A DNA stretch of 49,635 nucleotides, taken from the NCBI GenBank assembly GCA_043775155.1, contig JAYVSR010000025.1, forward strand, positions 1-49,635, in the 5' to 3' direction. This DNA is from Burkholderiales bacterium. Its GTDB lineage: Bacteria > Pseudomonadota > Gammaproteobacteria > Burkholderiales > JAEUOS01. Positions 34,666 to 43,384 of the stretch are shown here, piece after piece. The position numbers and the translations under genes were made by a program. Numbering within the stretch: the first letter of the stretch is position 1; each line of letters starts with the position of its first letter. The notes beneath the pieces are model-generated. The model was not told where the DNA came from. It made no database searches and saw nothing but the letters and a program-made list of their open reading frames with translations.

Positions 34666-35864
34666 TGACCAAACCCGCGGGCGCACTTGACGGCATCCGC
34701 GTCATCGACATGACCGCCGTCGGCATGGGGCCGTGGGCGACGCAGATGCTCGGCGACATGGGCGCTGACGTAATCAAGATCGAGTCGCCCGATGGCGGCG
34801 ATATTTTTCGCCACGTCGCGCCGCAGCGCCACACCGGCATGAGCCATGCGTTCCTCAATCTCAATCGCAACAAGCGCAGCGTCGCGCTCGATGCGAAGGA
34901 TGCGGCGCAGCGTGCAGCGTTGCTGGCGCTGATTGAGCGGGCCGATGTGTTTGTCTCCAACGTTCGGCCGCAGGCGCTCGAACGGCTGGGGCTGGATTAC
35001 GCGTCTTTGCGCGAGCGCAATCCGAAGCTGATCTATTGCGGCTGCTACGCTTATTCGGAAGCTGGGCCTTACGCCGGGCGCGGCGGCGTTGACGACACGA
35101 TTCAGGCGGCCAGCGGGCTGGCGTGGTTTCAGGGTGGCGGCGCGGCTGGCGAAAACGATCAGTCCGGCGCGCCGCGCTATGTCAAGAGCATCATCGCTGA
35201 CAAGGTGGCCGCGTTGTGGGTGGCGCAGTCGATTGCGATGGCGCTGTTTGCGCGCGAGCGCTCGGGCGTGGGCCAGTCGATTGAGGTGCCGATGTTCGAG
35301 AGCCTGGTCGCCTTCATGATGGTCGAGCACCTGGCCGGACGGACGTTTGATCCGCCGATCGGCCCGGCCGGCTACAACCGCATCACCGCCGACAGCCGCA
35401 AGCCGTTTCGCACCCGCGATGGCTACATCGCCGTGGTGCCGTATACCGATGCGCAGTGGCAGCGCTTCTTTGTGCTCGTTGGCCGGGCGGAGATTGGGGC
35501 CGACGCGCGCTTTGCGCGGCTCGCCGAGCGTGCGCGCCACATCGGCGCGCTGTATGCGTTGATCGAGCCGGTGCTGAGGGAGCGCACCACCGCCGCTTGG
35601 TCTGCTGCATTTGCCGACGCCGATCTGCCGTTCGCCCCGGTCAACTCGGTCGATGATCTGCTGGTTGATCCGCATCTCGCAGCGGTCGGTTTTTGGCACA
35701 AGATGGAGCATCCGGCCGAGGGGCAACTTACTTTGCCCGGCATTCCGGTAAATTATTCTGCAACACCGGGCAGCATTCGCCGCCCGCCACCAGCCCTCGG
35801 GCAACACACGATTGAGGTGCTGGCTGAATTGGGCATCACGCTCGAACGAAAGGACACCGGATGA
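34665..35864 (+). CDS. CaiB/BaiF family III CoA-transferase
   Basis: LDGIRVIDMTAVGMGPWATQMLGDMGADVIKIESP...FLNLNRNKRSV...DVFVSNVRP. Start ATG 34665 shares one nucleotide with the upstream TGA stop (TGATG). Confidence 0.88.
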   Translation: MTKPAGALDGIRVIDMTAVGMGPWATQMLGDMGADVIKIESPDGGDIFRHVAPQRHTGMSHAFLNLNRNKRSVALDAKDAAQRAALLALIERADVFVSNVRPQALERLGLDYASLRERNPKLIYCGCYAYSEAGPYAGRGGVDDTIQAASGLAWFQGGGAAGENDQSGAPRYVKSIIADKVAALWVAQSIAMALFARERSGVGQSIEVPMFESLVAFMMVEHLAGRTFDPPIGPAGYNRITADSRKPFRTRDGYIAVVPYTDAQWQRFFVLVGRAEIGADARFARLAERARHIGALYALIEPVLRERTTAAWSAAFADADLPFAPVNSVDDLLVDPHLAAVGFWHKMEHPAEGQLTLPGIPVNYSATPGSIRRPPPALGQHTIEVLAELGITLERKDTG

Positions 35865-36895
35865 AACCTCACTGCATGAAATTCCAACTGATCCGCCAAT
35901 CCATCGCACGGGCGCGCTGCGCCGCACGCGCGCCCTGTGCCGTTGCGCTCGTTGGGTGCAGCGTGCTCACGACGTTCGCGCCGCTCACTGCGACTGCACA
36001 AGACTATCCCGCCAAACCAATCCGTTTCGTCGTGCCGTTCCCCGCTGGCAGCGGCATCGACACCATGAGCCGGGTGATGCTCGACGAGATTCGCAAGGCC
36101 AGCGGCGCCACCATCGTGATCGACTACAAGCCCGGCGCGCTCGGCCAGATCGGCACTGAATTCACTGCGCGCTCGCCGGCCGATGGCTACACCGTGATGG
36201 TGTCGTCCAGCGCAACCCACTCATCCGGCCCGCATCTGGCGAAGAGCCTTCCCTACGACGCGTTGCGCGACTTCACCCACATTGGCCGCCTGTCGCGCTT
36301 TGACGTGGCGATGGTGGTCAGCCCGCAGGCGGGCTACAAGTCGGCGAATGATCTGGTCGCGGACGCCAAGCGCCGCCCCGGCAAATTGAGTTTTGGCTAC
36401 GGCTCCGGCACCGCGCAGGTGGTGGCGGCGAGTTTTAATCGTGCGGCGGGTATCGATGTGCTCGGTGTTCCCTACAAAGGCCAGCCGCCCGCGCTCACCG
36501 ACCTCATCGGCGGGCAGGTGCAGTTCGTGATGGCCGATCTCGCCGTGATCATGCCGCAGGTAAAAGGCGGGCGCCTCGACGCGCTCGGTGTCGCCTCGGC
36601 CAAACGCTCGACTCTGCTACCGAACGTACCTACCTTCGCCGAACTCGGAATTCGCGATGTCGTGCTCACCGGCTGGGTTGGCATTTCCGGGCCGGCCGGC
36701 ATGCCGCAGCAAGCGGTGGCGTGGTGGAGCGCGCAAATGAATCGCCTGCTCGCCTCGAAGGACTACATCGAACGCCTGGTTGCCTTGAGCATCGAAGGCG
36801 AGCCGAACGAAGTCGATAGCTTCAACCAGTATGTGCGCGAGCAGCATCAGGTCTGGGGTCAGCGGATCCGCGATGCCGGGATCAAGCCGGAGTGA
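35861..36895 (+). CDS. Bug-family (TctC-like) substrate-binding protein
   Basis: YPAKPIRFVVPFPAGSGIDTMSRVMLDEI...DYKPGALGQIGTEFTARSPADGYTVMVSS. ATGA overlap with the CoA-transferase gene. Confidence 0.9.
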   Translation: MKPHCMKFQLIRQSIARARCAARAPCAVALVGCSVLTTFAPLTATAQDYPAKPIRFVVPFPAGSGIDTMSRVMLDEIRKASGATIVIDYKPGALGQIGTEFTARSPADGYTVMVSSSATHSSGPHLAKSLPYDALRDFTHIGRLSRFDVAMVVSPQAGYKSANDLVADAKRRPGKLSFGYGSGTAQVVAASFNRAAGIDVLGVPYKGQPPALTDLIGGQVQFVMADLAVIMPQVKGGRLDALGVASAKRSTLLPNVPTFAELGIRDVVLTGWVGISGPAGMPQQAVAWWSAQMNRLLASKDYIERLVALSIEGEPNEVDSFNQYVREQHQVWGQRIRDAGIKPE

Positions 36896-36897
36896 AA

Positions 36898-36946
36898 CAG
36901 CCCGGACGGGCGTGCTGAGATGAAGCAGGCCGGACGGGCGTGCTGA
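36898..36946 (+). repeat. 21-22 bp direct repeat upstream of the paa promoter
   Basis: CAGCCCGGACGGGCGTGCTGA (36898-36918) and CAGGCCGGACGGGCGTGCTGA (36926-36946), with a 28-bp period. Confidence 0.8.
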
Positions 36947-36982
36947 AGGGCGGGCTGGTTGCTTCATTGCTCGCATTATTAA

Positions 36983-37011
36983 TTGACCAACCGGTCGGCT
37001 TATTATAAAAT
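36983..37011 (+). promoter_or_regulatory. paaA promoter with an embedded TetR(PaaR)-type operator
   Basis: TTGACC (36983-36988), 17-nt spacer, TAAAAT (37006-37011). The near-palindrome CCAACCGGTCGG (36987-36998) overlaps the -35 and the spacer. Confidence 0.55.
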
Positions 37012-37053
37012 GGGGTTTCGCGCGACGCTTTGAACCCGCGCAGGAGGCGATCC

Positions 37054-38064
37054 ATGTACACCCAGGCAATGGATTTACCCGGCGGCGCGAAGCTTGAAGT
37101 CGCTGTTGTCACCAGCACACCGCAAGAATCTGCATTCAACGCCCGCATCGCCATCGACAAAAAAATCGAGCCGCGCGATTGGATGCCCGAGGCTTATCGC
37201 AAAACGCTGGTGCGGCAAATCTCGCAGCACGCGCACTCTGAGATCGTCGGCATGCTGCCGGAAGGCAACTGGGTCACCCGCGCGCCGTCGTTGAAGCGCA
37301 AGGCGATCTTGCTCGCCAAGGTGCAGGACGAAGGCGGTCACGGTCTCTATCTCTACGCCGCCGCCGAAACCCTTGGCACCTCGCGCGATCAGATGATCGA
37401 GGCGCTGCACAGCGGTCGCGCCAAGTATTCCTCGATCTTTAACTATCCGACGCTCACCTGGGCCGATATGGGCGCAATCGGCTGGCTGGTCGATGGCGCG
37501 GCGATCATGAATCAGATTCCGCTGTGCCGCTGCTCCTACGGGCCGTATGCGCGCGCGATGATCCGCATTTGCAAAGAAGAGTCGTTTCATCAGCGCCAGG
37601 GCTTCGACATCATGCTGTCGCTCTGTAATGGCACGGCGGCGCAAAAAGCGATGGCGCAGGATGCGCTCAACCGCTGGTGGTGGCCGGTGGTTCAGATGTT
37701 CGGGCCGTCCGACAAGGAGTCGATCCACAGCGGGCAGTCGGGGGCGTGGGGGATTAAGCGGATTTCGAACGACGACTTGCGGCAAAAATTTATTGATGCG
37801 ACTGTGCCGCAGGCGGCGTTGCTCGGGCTGACGATTCCTGATCCAGATTTGAAATGGAATGAAGAGCGTCAACACCACGACTACGGCGCGATTGATTGGG
37901 ATGAATTTTGGCGCGTGGTCAATGGTGACGGGCCGTGCAACCGCGAGCGTTTGGCGACGCGGGTGAAGGCGTATGACGAAGGCGCGTGGGTGCGCGAGGC
38001 GGCGTTGGTGTATGCGGAAAAAGCGGCAGGTCGCACGCGCGCGCAAACCCTGAAGGCAGCGTAG
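37054..38064 (+). CDS. paaA: 1,2-phenylacetyl-CoA epoxidase, catalytic subunit A
   Basis: [36 protein letters not shown]...[14 protein letters not shown]...EESFHQRQG (di-iron ligand motifs). Confidence 0.95.
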   Translation: MYTQAMDLPGGAKLEVAVVTSTPQESAFNARIAIDKKIEPRDWMPEAYRKTLVRQISQHAHSEIVGMLPEGNWVTRAPSLKRKAILLAKVQDEGGHGLYLYAAAETLGTSRDQMIEALHSGRAKYSSIFNYPTLTWADMGAIGWLVDGAAIMNQIPLCRCSYGPYARAMIRICKEESFHQRQGFDIMLSLCNGTAAQKAMAQDALNRWWWPVVQMFGPSDKESIHSGQSGAWGIKRISNDDLRQKFIDATVPQAALLGLTIPDPDLKWNEERQHHDYGAIDWDEFWRVVNGDGPCNRERLATRVKAYDEGAWVREAALVYAEKAAGRTRAQTLKAA

Positions 38065-38068
38065 CGCG

Positions 38069-38533
38069 ATGGCCCATCAATACACCGCAACGGTGGCGTG
38101 GGCGCGCAATGGCGCGGCCTTCACCGACAATCAATACAGTCGCGCGCATGAGTGGCGCTTCGATGGTGGTGCCGTGGTGCCGGGGTCGAGCGCGCCGCAA
38201 TCGGTACCGCTGCCGTACTCGGATGCAGCGGCAGTCGATCCGGAAGAAGCGCTGGTGGCCGCGCTGTCGAGCTGCCACATGCTGTTCTTTCTCGCCTTCG
38301 CGACGAAGAAAGGCTGGGTGGTCGATAGCTACACCGACAACGCCGCTGGGACGATGGAGAAAAATACCGACGGCAAAACCGCGATCACGCGCATCGTGCT
38401 GCGCCCGCGCGTGATGTTCGCCGGCAATCCACCTCCACAAGCCGAGATCGATCACGTCCACCATCGCGCGCACGAAGAGTGCTACATCGCCAATTCGATC
38501 AAGGCTGATGTGGTGATCGAATCGGTCGCTTAA
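38069..38533 (+). CDS. OsmC/Ohr-family protein (two-Cys, peroxiredoxin-like) inserted between paaA and paaB
   Basis: 154 aa. TATVAWARNG..., EEALVAALSSCHMLFFLAF, ...HHRAHEECYIANSIK, with the two Cys in the positions typical of OsmC-fold proteins. 4-nt gap after paaA and 14 nt before paaB. Confidence 0.75.
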   Translation: MAHQYTATVAWARNGAAFTDNQYSRAHEWRFDGGAVVPGSSAPQSVPLPYSDAAAVDPEEALVAALSSCHMLFFLAFATKKGWVVDSYTDNAAGTMEKNTDGKTAITRIVLRPRVMFAGNPPPQAEIDHVHHRAHEECYIANSIKADVVIESVA

Positions 38534-38547
38534 AGCAGGAGAGCAAC

Positions 38548-38862
38548 ATGAGTCAAACCGCAACGCCGCAGCAATCCGGAAAAACCGAATGGCCGCTGTG
38601 GGAAGTGTTTCTGCGCAGCAAGCAGGGTCTCGATCATCGCCACGCCGGCAGCCTGCATGCGGCCGACGCGAAACAGGCGCTGCAAATGGCGCGTGATGTC
38701 TACACGCGCCGCATGGAAGGCGTGTCGATCTGGGTCGTACCGTCGGACGCCATCACCGCGAGCGACCCGGATGACAAAGCGGAAATGTTCGAGCCGATGG
38801 CAGACAAGATTTATCGCCACCCGACGTTTTACAAATTGCCCAAAGAAGTGGAGCACATGTGA
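38548..38862 (+). CDS. paaB: 1,2-phenylacetyl-CoA epoxidase subunit B
   Basis: EWPLWEVFLRSKQGLDHRHAGSLHAADAKQALQMARDVYTRR...FYKLPKEV. Confidence 0.95.
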   Translation: MSQTATPQQSGKTEWPLWEVFLRSKQGLDHRHAGSLHAADAKQALQMARDVYTRRMEGVSIWVVPSDAITASDPDDKAEMFEPMADKIYRHPTFYKLPKEVEHM

Positions 38863-39674
38863 TGGTGGTGGCCGATTCGCCAGTCTCGCCCGTCTCACAT
38901 GAGCACCTTGACTACCTGCTGCGCCTCGGCGACTCGTCGCTGGTGCTGGGGCAGCGCTTGTCCGAGTGGACCGGCCATGGCCCGGTGCTCGAAGAAGACA
39001 TCGCCATGGCCAACGTCGCGCTCGACCTGATTGGTCAGGCGCGGCTGCTGCTTTCCCACGCTGGCCGGATCGAAGGCGCGGCGCGAGATGAAGATGACCT
39101 AGCCTACCTGCGCGATGCCCGCGCCTATCGCAACTTCACGATTTGCGAGTTGCCCAACAGCGGTATTGAAAAGGGCAAGACGCAAAGCAGCGACTACGCT
39201 TTTACCGTCGTGCGCAATCTGTTGTTCTGTGCGTGGCAAGCGCAGTTGTGGGGGGCGCTCAAAACGTCGAGCGATACGGAACTCGCCGCCATCGCTGCCA
39301 AGTCGGCGAAAGAAACCGCGTATCACCTGCGCCACGCTGCCGACTGGGTGATCCGCTTCGGTGACGGCACAGACGACAGCCACGCCCGCGCACAGCGCGC
39401 GCTGAACCAGTTGTGGCCATACACCAACGAGCTATTCGCGGCCGACGCAGTGGAAGACGCAGTCGTCGCGCAAGGCATTGGTGCGCGCAGTGCGCAATTG
39501 CATATCGGCTGGAAAGCGTTGGTGCAAGCCATTTTTGACGAAGCAACCCTGAAAACGCCCGCCCAGAGCGGGTTTCAGAGCAATGGCAAGTCAGGAATCC
39601 ACAGCGAGCATCTCGATTTCCTTTTGGTAGAAATGCAAAGCCTCGCGCGCGCGCATCCGGGAGCGCGCTGGTGA
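38859..39674 (+). CDS. paaC: 1,2-phenylacetyl-CoA epoxidase subunit C
   Basis: LDYLLRLGDSSLVLGQRLSEWTGHGPVLEEDIAMANVALDLIGQARLLL. GTG 38859 or ATG 38862 overlaps the paaB stop. Confidence 0.92.
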   Translation: MMVVADSPVSPVSHEHLDYLLRLGDSSLVLGQRLSEWTGHGPVLEEDIAMANVALDLIGQARLLLSHAGRIEGAARDEDDLAYLRDARAYRNFTICELPNSGIEKGKTQSSDYAFTVVRNLLFCAWQAQLWGALKTSSDTELAAIAAKSAKETAYHLRHAADWVIRFGDGTDDSHARAQRALNQLWPYTNELFAADAVEDAVVAQGIGARSAQLHIGWKALVQAIFDEATLKTPAQSGFQSNGKSGIHSEHLDFLLVEMQSLARAHPGARW

Positions 39675-40252
39675 TGCTGGAGAAAAATAAGTGGGGTCAG
39701 ACCCCATTTAATTCACCGGTTTCGCATGCGCAATCGGTCATCGTCGAACGTGCCTGGGAAATTCTCGCGACCGTCAGCGACCCAGAAATCCCGGTGATCT
39801 CCGTGCTTGATCTGGGCATCGTGCGCGACGTGATTGCGACCCAAGCCGGTGTTGACGTACACGTCACGCCAACCTACGCTGGCTGCCCTGCCGTGCAAGT
39901 GATCGAGCAAGACATCGTCGCCGCGCTGCGGGCAGCAGGCATCGCCGCGCGCGCCGTCACTACCCTCGGCCCGGCATGGAGCACGGACTGGATTACGCCA
40001 GAGGGCCGCGCCAAGCTCAAGGAATACGGCATCGCCCCGCCCGGCCCGGTGAATCCGCAGAGTGCGCAAGTAGTGCAATTCAAATTAAATGGGGTCAGAC
40101 CCCATTTAACGCATTTAACTGAGGCACCGCACTGCCCGCTCTGCGATTCGGCCAACACCGAACGTCTCTCGCAATTCGGCTCGACCGCTTGCAAGGCGCT
40201 GTATCGCTGCATCGATTGCCGCGAGCCATTCGACTATTTCAAGCCGCTCTGA
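39671..40252 (+). CDS. paaD: phenylacetate-CoA oxygenase subunit PaaD (DUF59 domain + C-terminal Zn-ribbon)
   Basis: WEILATVSDPEIPVISVLDLGIVRDV, TPTYAGCPA, and the C-terminal CPLCDS...ACKALYRCIDCREPFDYFKPL. About 25-30 aa longer than I expect for PaaD because of two palindromic insertions. Confidence 0.9.
   Translation: MMLEKNKWGQTPFNSPVSHAQSVIVERAWEILATVSDPEIPVISVLDLGIVRDVIATQAGVDVHVTPTYAGCPAVQVIEQDIVAALRAAGIAARAVTTLGPAWSTDWITPEGRAKLKEYGIAPPGPVNPQSAQVVQFKLNGVRPHLTHLTEAPHCPLCDSANTERLSQFGSTACKALYRCIDCREPFDYFKPL
39692..39711 (+). repeat. palindromic element copy 1 (inside paaD, codon phase 1)
   Basis: TGGGGTCAGACCCCATTTAA, with arms TGGGGTC/GACCCCA around a central A. Translated as WGQTPF. 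Confidence 0.85.
40085..40109 (+). repeat. palindromic element copy 2 (inside paaD, codon phase 3)
   Basis: TTAAATGGGGTC-A-GACCCCATTTAA, a perfect 12+1+12 palindrome. The 20-mer 40090-40109 is identical to 39692-39711. Translated as NGVRPHL. It is followed by the duplicated CATTTAAC (40103-40110 and 40112-40119). Confidence 0.85.
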
Positions 40253-40274
40253 TTTTTGCTGCGATGACGCAACC

Positions 40275-41417
40275 ATGACTCCGCAATTCCACTCCCTCAC
40301 GATCAGCGATGTGCGGCGCGAAACCGCCGACGCCATCTCGGTGCGCTTCGCCGTGCCCGCCGCCCTGCGCGATGTCTATCGCTTCACGCAAGGCCAGTTC
40401 GTCACGCTAAAGGCCAATGTAGATGGCGAAGAAATCCGCCGCTCCTACTCGGTCTGCTGCGCCGTATCGGACTACGCGCGCGACGGCGAGTTGCGCGTTG
40501 GCATCAAAACCATCGACGGCGGACGCTTCTCCACTTTCGCCAATCGCACGCTACAAGCCGGTATGGCACTCGATGTGATGACGCCCGATGGCCGTTTCTT
40601 TACGCCGCTCGACGCCGCGCAGTCAAAGCACTACGCCGCCTTCGCCGGTGGCAGCGGCATTACGCCGGTGCTGTCGATCATCAAGACCACTCTCGAAACC
40701 GAGCCGCGCTCACGCTTCACGCTGATCTACGGCAATCGCGCGGTTCAAGCGATCATGTTTGCCGAGGAACTCGAAGAGTTGAAGAATCGTTACCTCGGTC
40801 GCCTGAGTCTGTATCACGTGATCAGCGACGAGCCGCAGGAAGTTGAGTTGTTCAATGGCCTGCTCAATGCGGACAAGTGCGCGCAGTTTCTCGCTGCTCT
40901 GGTGCCGCCCGCAACCATCGACGAAGCCTTCATCTGCGGCCCGGCACCGATGATGGATGCCGCCGAAGCCGCGCTGTTGCAAGCGGGCATGGCCAAAGGA
41001 AAAATTCACGTCGAACGCTTTGGCACGCCACCGCAGGGTGGCGCCAATACGGGACTTCCACAAGCGGGCGCAATCAAACCGAAAGCTGCTGATTCAAATG
41101 TGCCGAGCGCCGAAGTCCACATCATTCTGCACGGCAAGGCGCGCGTGCTGCGCGTGCCGCTTAGCGCCACGCCCAATGCGGACGGCACGCCGAATGGCGA
41201 AGCGGTGCTCGACGCCGGCCTGCGTGCCGGACTCGACCTGCCCTACGCCTGCAAAGGCGGCGTCTGCTGCACCTGCCGCGCGCGCGTGCTCGAAGGCGAA
41301 GTGCGGATGGACAAGAACTACACACTGGAAGACCAGGAAATGAAGCAGGGTTTTGTGCTGACCTGCCAGTCGCATCCGGTCACATCGAAAGTAGTGATCA
41401 GCTATGACGAGCGCTAA
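40275..41417 (+). CDS. paaE: phenylacetyl-CoA epoxidase reductase subunit (FNR-like + plant-type 2Fe-2S)
   Basis: FHSLTISDVRRET, RSYSVC (FAD RxYS), AFAGGSGITP (NAD), and the C-terminal CKGGVCCTCRARV...LTCQS ferredoxin cluster. Confidence 0.93.
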   Translation: MTPQFHSLTISDVRRETADAISVRFAVPAALRDVYRFTQGQFVTLKANVDGEEIRRSYSVCCAVSDYARDGELRVGIKTIDGGRFSTFANRTLQAGMALDVMTPDGRFFTPLDAAQSKHYAAFAGGSGITPVLSIIKTTLETEPRSRFTLIYGNRAVQAIMFAEELEELKNRYLGRLSLYHVISDEPQEVELFNGLLNADKCAQFLAALVPPATIDEAFICGPAPMMDAAEAALLQAGMAKGKIHVERFGTPPQGGANTGLPQAGAIKPKAADSNVPSAEVHIILHGKARVLRVPLSATPNADGTPNGEAVLDAGLRAGLDLPYACKGGVCCTCRARVLEGEVRMDKNYTLEDQEMKQGFVLTCQSHPVTSKVVISYDER

Positions 41418-41466
41418 GGTGCGGGGAAACCGCAACGCGCGTCAACCATAGTGCGAGCGCGATAGC

Positions 41467-42063
41467 ATGGCCCGCACCCAAGCCGCCGACTACGAAGCGC
41501 AACGCGCGGCGATTCTCGATCACGCCGCCGAAGCCTTCGCCGCCGCCGGTTACGCCGCCTGCACCATGGCCGATGTCGCGCAGCGCAGCGGCGCATCGAA
41601 AGCGCGGCTCTACCACTACTACGAGAGCAAGGAAGCGATTCTCTACGACCTGCTCGACCGCCACACCCAGCACTTGCTCGACATTGCGCAGGAAGTACGC
41701 GGCGCAGCCAAGCGCGACAAAGCCAAACCGCGAGACGAATTGAAGACCATGATCGCGCGCTTTCTCGACGCCTATCAAACCGCGCGCACGCGCCACATCG
41801 CGCTGCTCAACGACGTGAAGTTCCTTGGCGACGAGCAGCGCGAGCGGATCATCGAACGCGAGCGCGCTCTCGTCAACGCGTTTGCCACTGCGTTAAAGCG
41901 CACCTTCCCAAGGCGCGTCACCATCGCCAATCATCGCGCTCTCACGATGATGCTGATGGGCGCAATGAACTGGACTTTCACGTGGCTCAAGCCCGGTGGC
42001 CCGCTCAGTTACGCTGATTACGCCGACGAAGTAACGCGCGTCATCGTCAAGGGTCTTGGGTAA
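41467..42063 (+). CDS. TetR-family transcriptional regulator (PaaR-like by position)
   Basis: ILDHAAEAFAAAGYAACTMADVAQRSGASKARLYHYYESKEAILYDLL, the TetR HTH. Confidence 0.85.
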   Translation: MARTQAADYEAQRAAILDHAAEAFAAAGYAACTMADVAQRSGASKARLYHYYESKEAILYDLLDRHTQHLLDIAQEVRGAAKRDKAKPRDELKTMIARFLDAYQTARTRHIALLNDVKFLGDEQRERIIERERALVNAFATALKRTFPRRVTIANHRALTMMLMGAMNWTFTWLKPGGPLSYADYADEVTRVIVKGLG

Positions 42064-42164
42064 GCGGCGCATTACAATTCCTCACCACTCCCGCGCGCAA
42101 CGTTACGCCCTCCTTGCGACCTGGCGCCACCTCGCGCCACCTCGCCCAACCCTCAGGACACACC

Positions 42165-43112
42165 ATGAGCAAAGCATTCGCCTCCAAAGCCGACATGACG
42201 GCCAAGGTCACCACCTTCGAGCAACTTTCCGAACACGGCTGGGCTTACACCGCCGAGGGCGACCCGAACTCGGGCGTGATCGTCGGTGACGATGGCGTGA
42301 TGGTGATCGACGCCACCGCCACGCCGGTGATGGCGCAAGACCTGATCGGCAAAATTCGCGCAATCACCGACAAGCCGATCAAGTACGTCACGCTGTCGCA
42401 CTATCACGCGGTGCGCGTGCTCGGCGCATCGGCCTACAAAGCCGAACAAATCATCGCTTCGCGCCCCACCTTTGAGTTGATTGTCGAGCGCGGCAAAGAA
42501 GATTGGCAGAGCGAGTACGAACGCTTTCCGCGCCTGTTCCAGAACGCCGACAGCGTGCCGGGTCTCACGTGGCCGACGATGGTGTTCGACAAGCAGATGA
42601 CGGTCTACATGGGCAAGCTCGAAGTGCAGTTGATCCAGATCGGCCCCGGCCACACGCGCGGCGACACGATTGCCTGGCTGCCCGGCGAAGGCACGCTGTT
42701 CTCCGGCGACCTGGTCGAGTACAACGCCGGCATCTACACCGGCGATGCGCAACTCGAAGAATGGCCGGACACGCTCGACAAATTGCGCGCGTTGAAACCG
42801 AAAGCGCTGGTACCGGGCCGAGGCCCGGCATTGAAGAACGCCGCCGACTCAATCAAGGCAATCGATTTCACACAAAATTTTGTGCGCCAGTTGCTGGCCT
42901 GCGCGAAGGAAGGCGTTGCCGCCGGCAAAGACCTGAAGCAGGTTTACACCGACACGCGCGCCGCGCTCGACCCGGTGTACGGCAGCTTCCCGATTTACGA
43001 GCACTGCATGCCGTTCGATGTGTCACGCGCCTACGACGAAGCCCGTGGCATCAAAAACCCGCGTATCTGGACGGCAGAGCGCGACATGGAAATGTGGAAC
43101 ACGATTGCGTGA
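42165..43112 (+). CDS. MBL-fold metallo-hydrolase
   Basis: GVIVGDDGVMVIDATATP...YVTLSHYHAVRVLG...GPGHTRGDTIAWLP...LFSGDLV. Start moved to ATG 42165. Confidence 0.8.
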   Translation: MSKAFASKADMTAKVTTFEQLSEHGWAYTAEGDPNSGVIVGDDGVMVIDATATPVMAQDLIGKIRAITDKPIKYVTLSHYHAVRVLGASAYKAEQIIASRPTFELIVERGKEDWQSEYERFPRLFQNADSVPGLTWPTMVFDKQMTVYMGKLEVQLIQIGPGHTRGDTIAWLPGEGTLFSGDLVEYNAGIYTGDAQLEEWPDTLDKLRALKPKALVPGRGPALKNAADSIKAIDFTQNFVRQLLACAKEGVAAGKDLKQVYTDTRAALDPVYGSFPIYEHCMPFDVSRAYDEARGIKNPRIWTAERDMEMWNTIA

Positions 43113-43129
43113 GTTTGGCGCGAACCAAC

Positions 43130-43384
43130 ATGAGCAGCGTTCCGCACATGACCGACGACGAAATCCGCGCATTGAAAGCGCGCATGGAGTATGCGTCGAA
43201 GCGGATCGAAGCCGAGCAGGCGGATACCCCGGTAGATCCGATCCGCAACCGGATGATCGCCGATGCCTTGGCCGTTAGCGCTTGGGAGCGCGGCTGGCGG
43301 CCGCAGCACGATGCCGAGCGTGTCGCGGAGAAAATCAGCATTCTGAGGCGTCTGCATGGATCAACTGTTCAATCCACTGCTTGA
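43130..43384 (+). CDS. small hypothetical protein (84 aa), candidate partner/antitoxin of the downstream nucleotidyltransferase
   Basis: Last 84 codons of track ORF 42503..43384, from ATG 43130: MSSVPHMTDDEIRALKARMEYASKRIEAEQADTPVDPIRNRMIADALAVSAWERGW... GC3 is host-like. It overlaps the next gene by 29 nt. Confidence 0.45.
   Translation: MSSVPHMTDDEIRALKARMEYASKRIEAEQADTPVDPIRNRMIADALAVSAWERGWRPQHDAERVAEKISILRRLHGSTVQSTA

Noticed and set aside
34626-35927. 433-aa minus-strand ORF. Similar long antisense ORFs occur at 22251-23282, 37075-38046, 29856-30767, 484-1149 and 10026-10919.
   Set aside because: All are mirror frames of well-supported genes (CoA-transferase, metW/methyltransferase, paaA, kinase, SDR, TPP enzyme). 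They are Arg-rich with low complexity and no family signatures.
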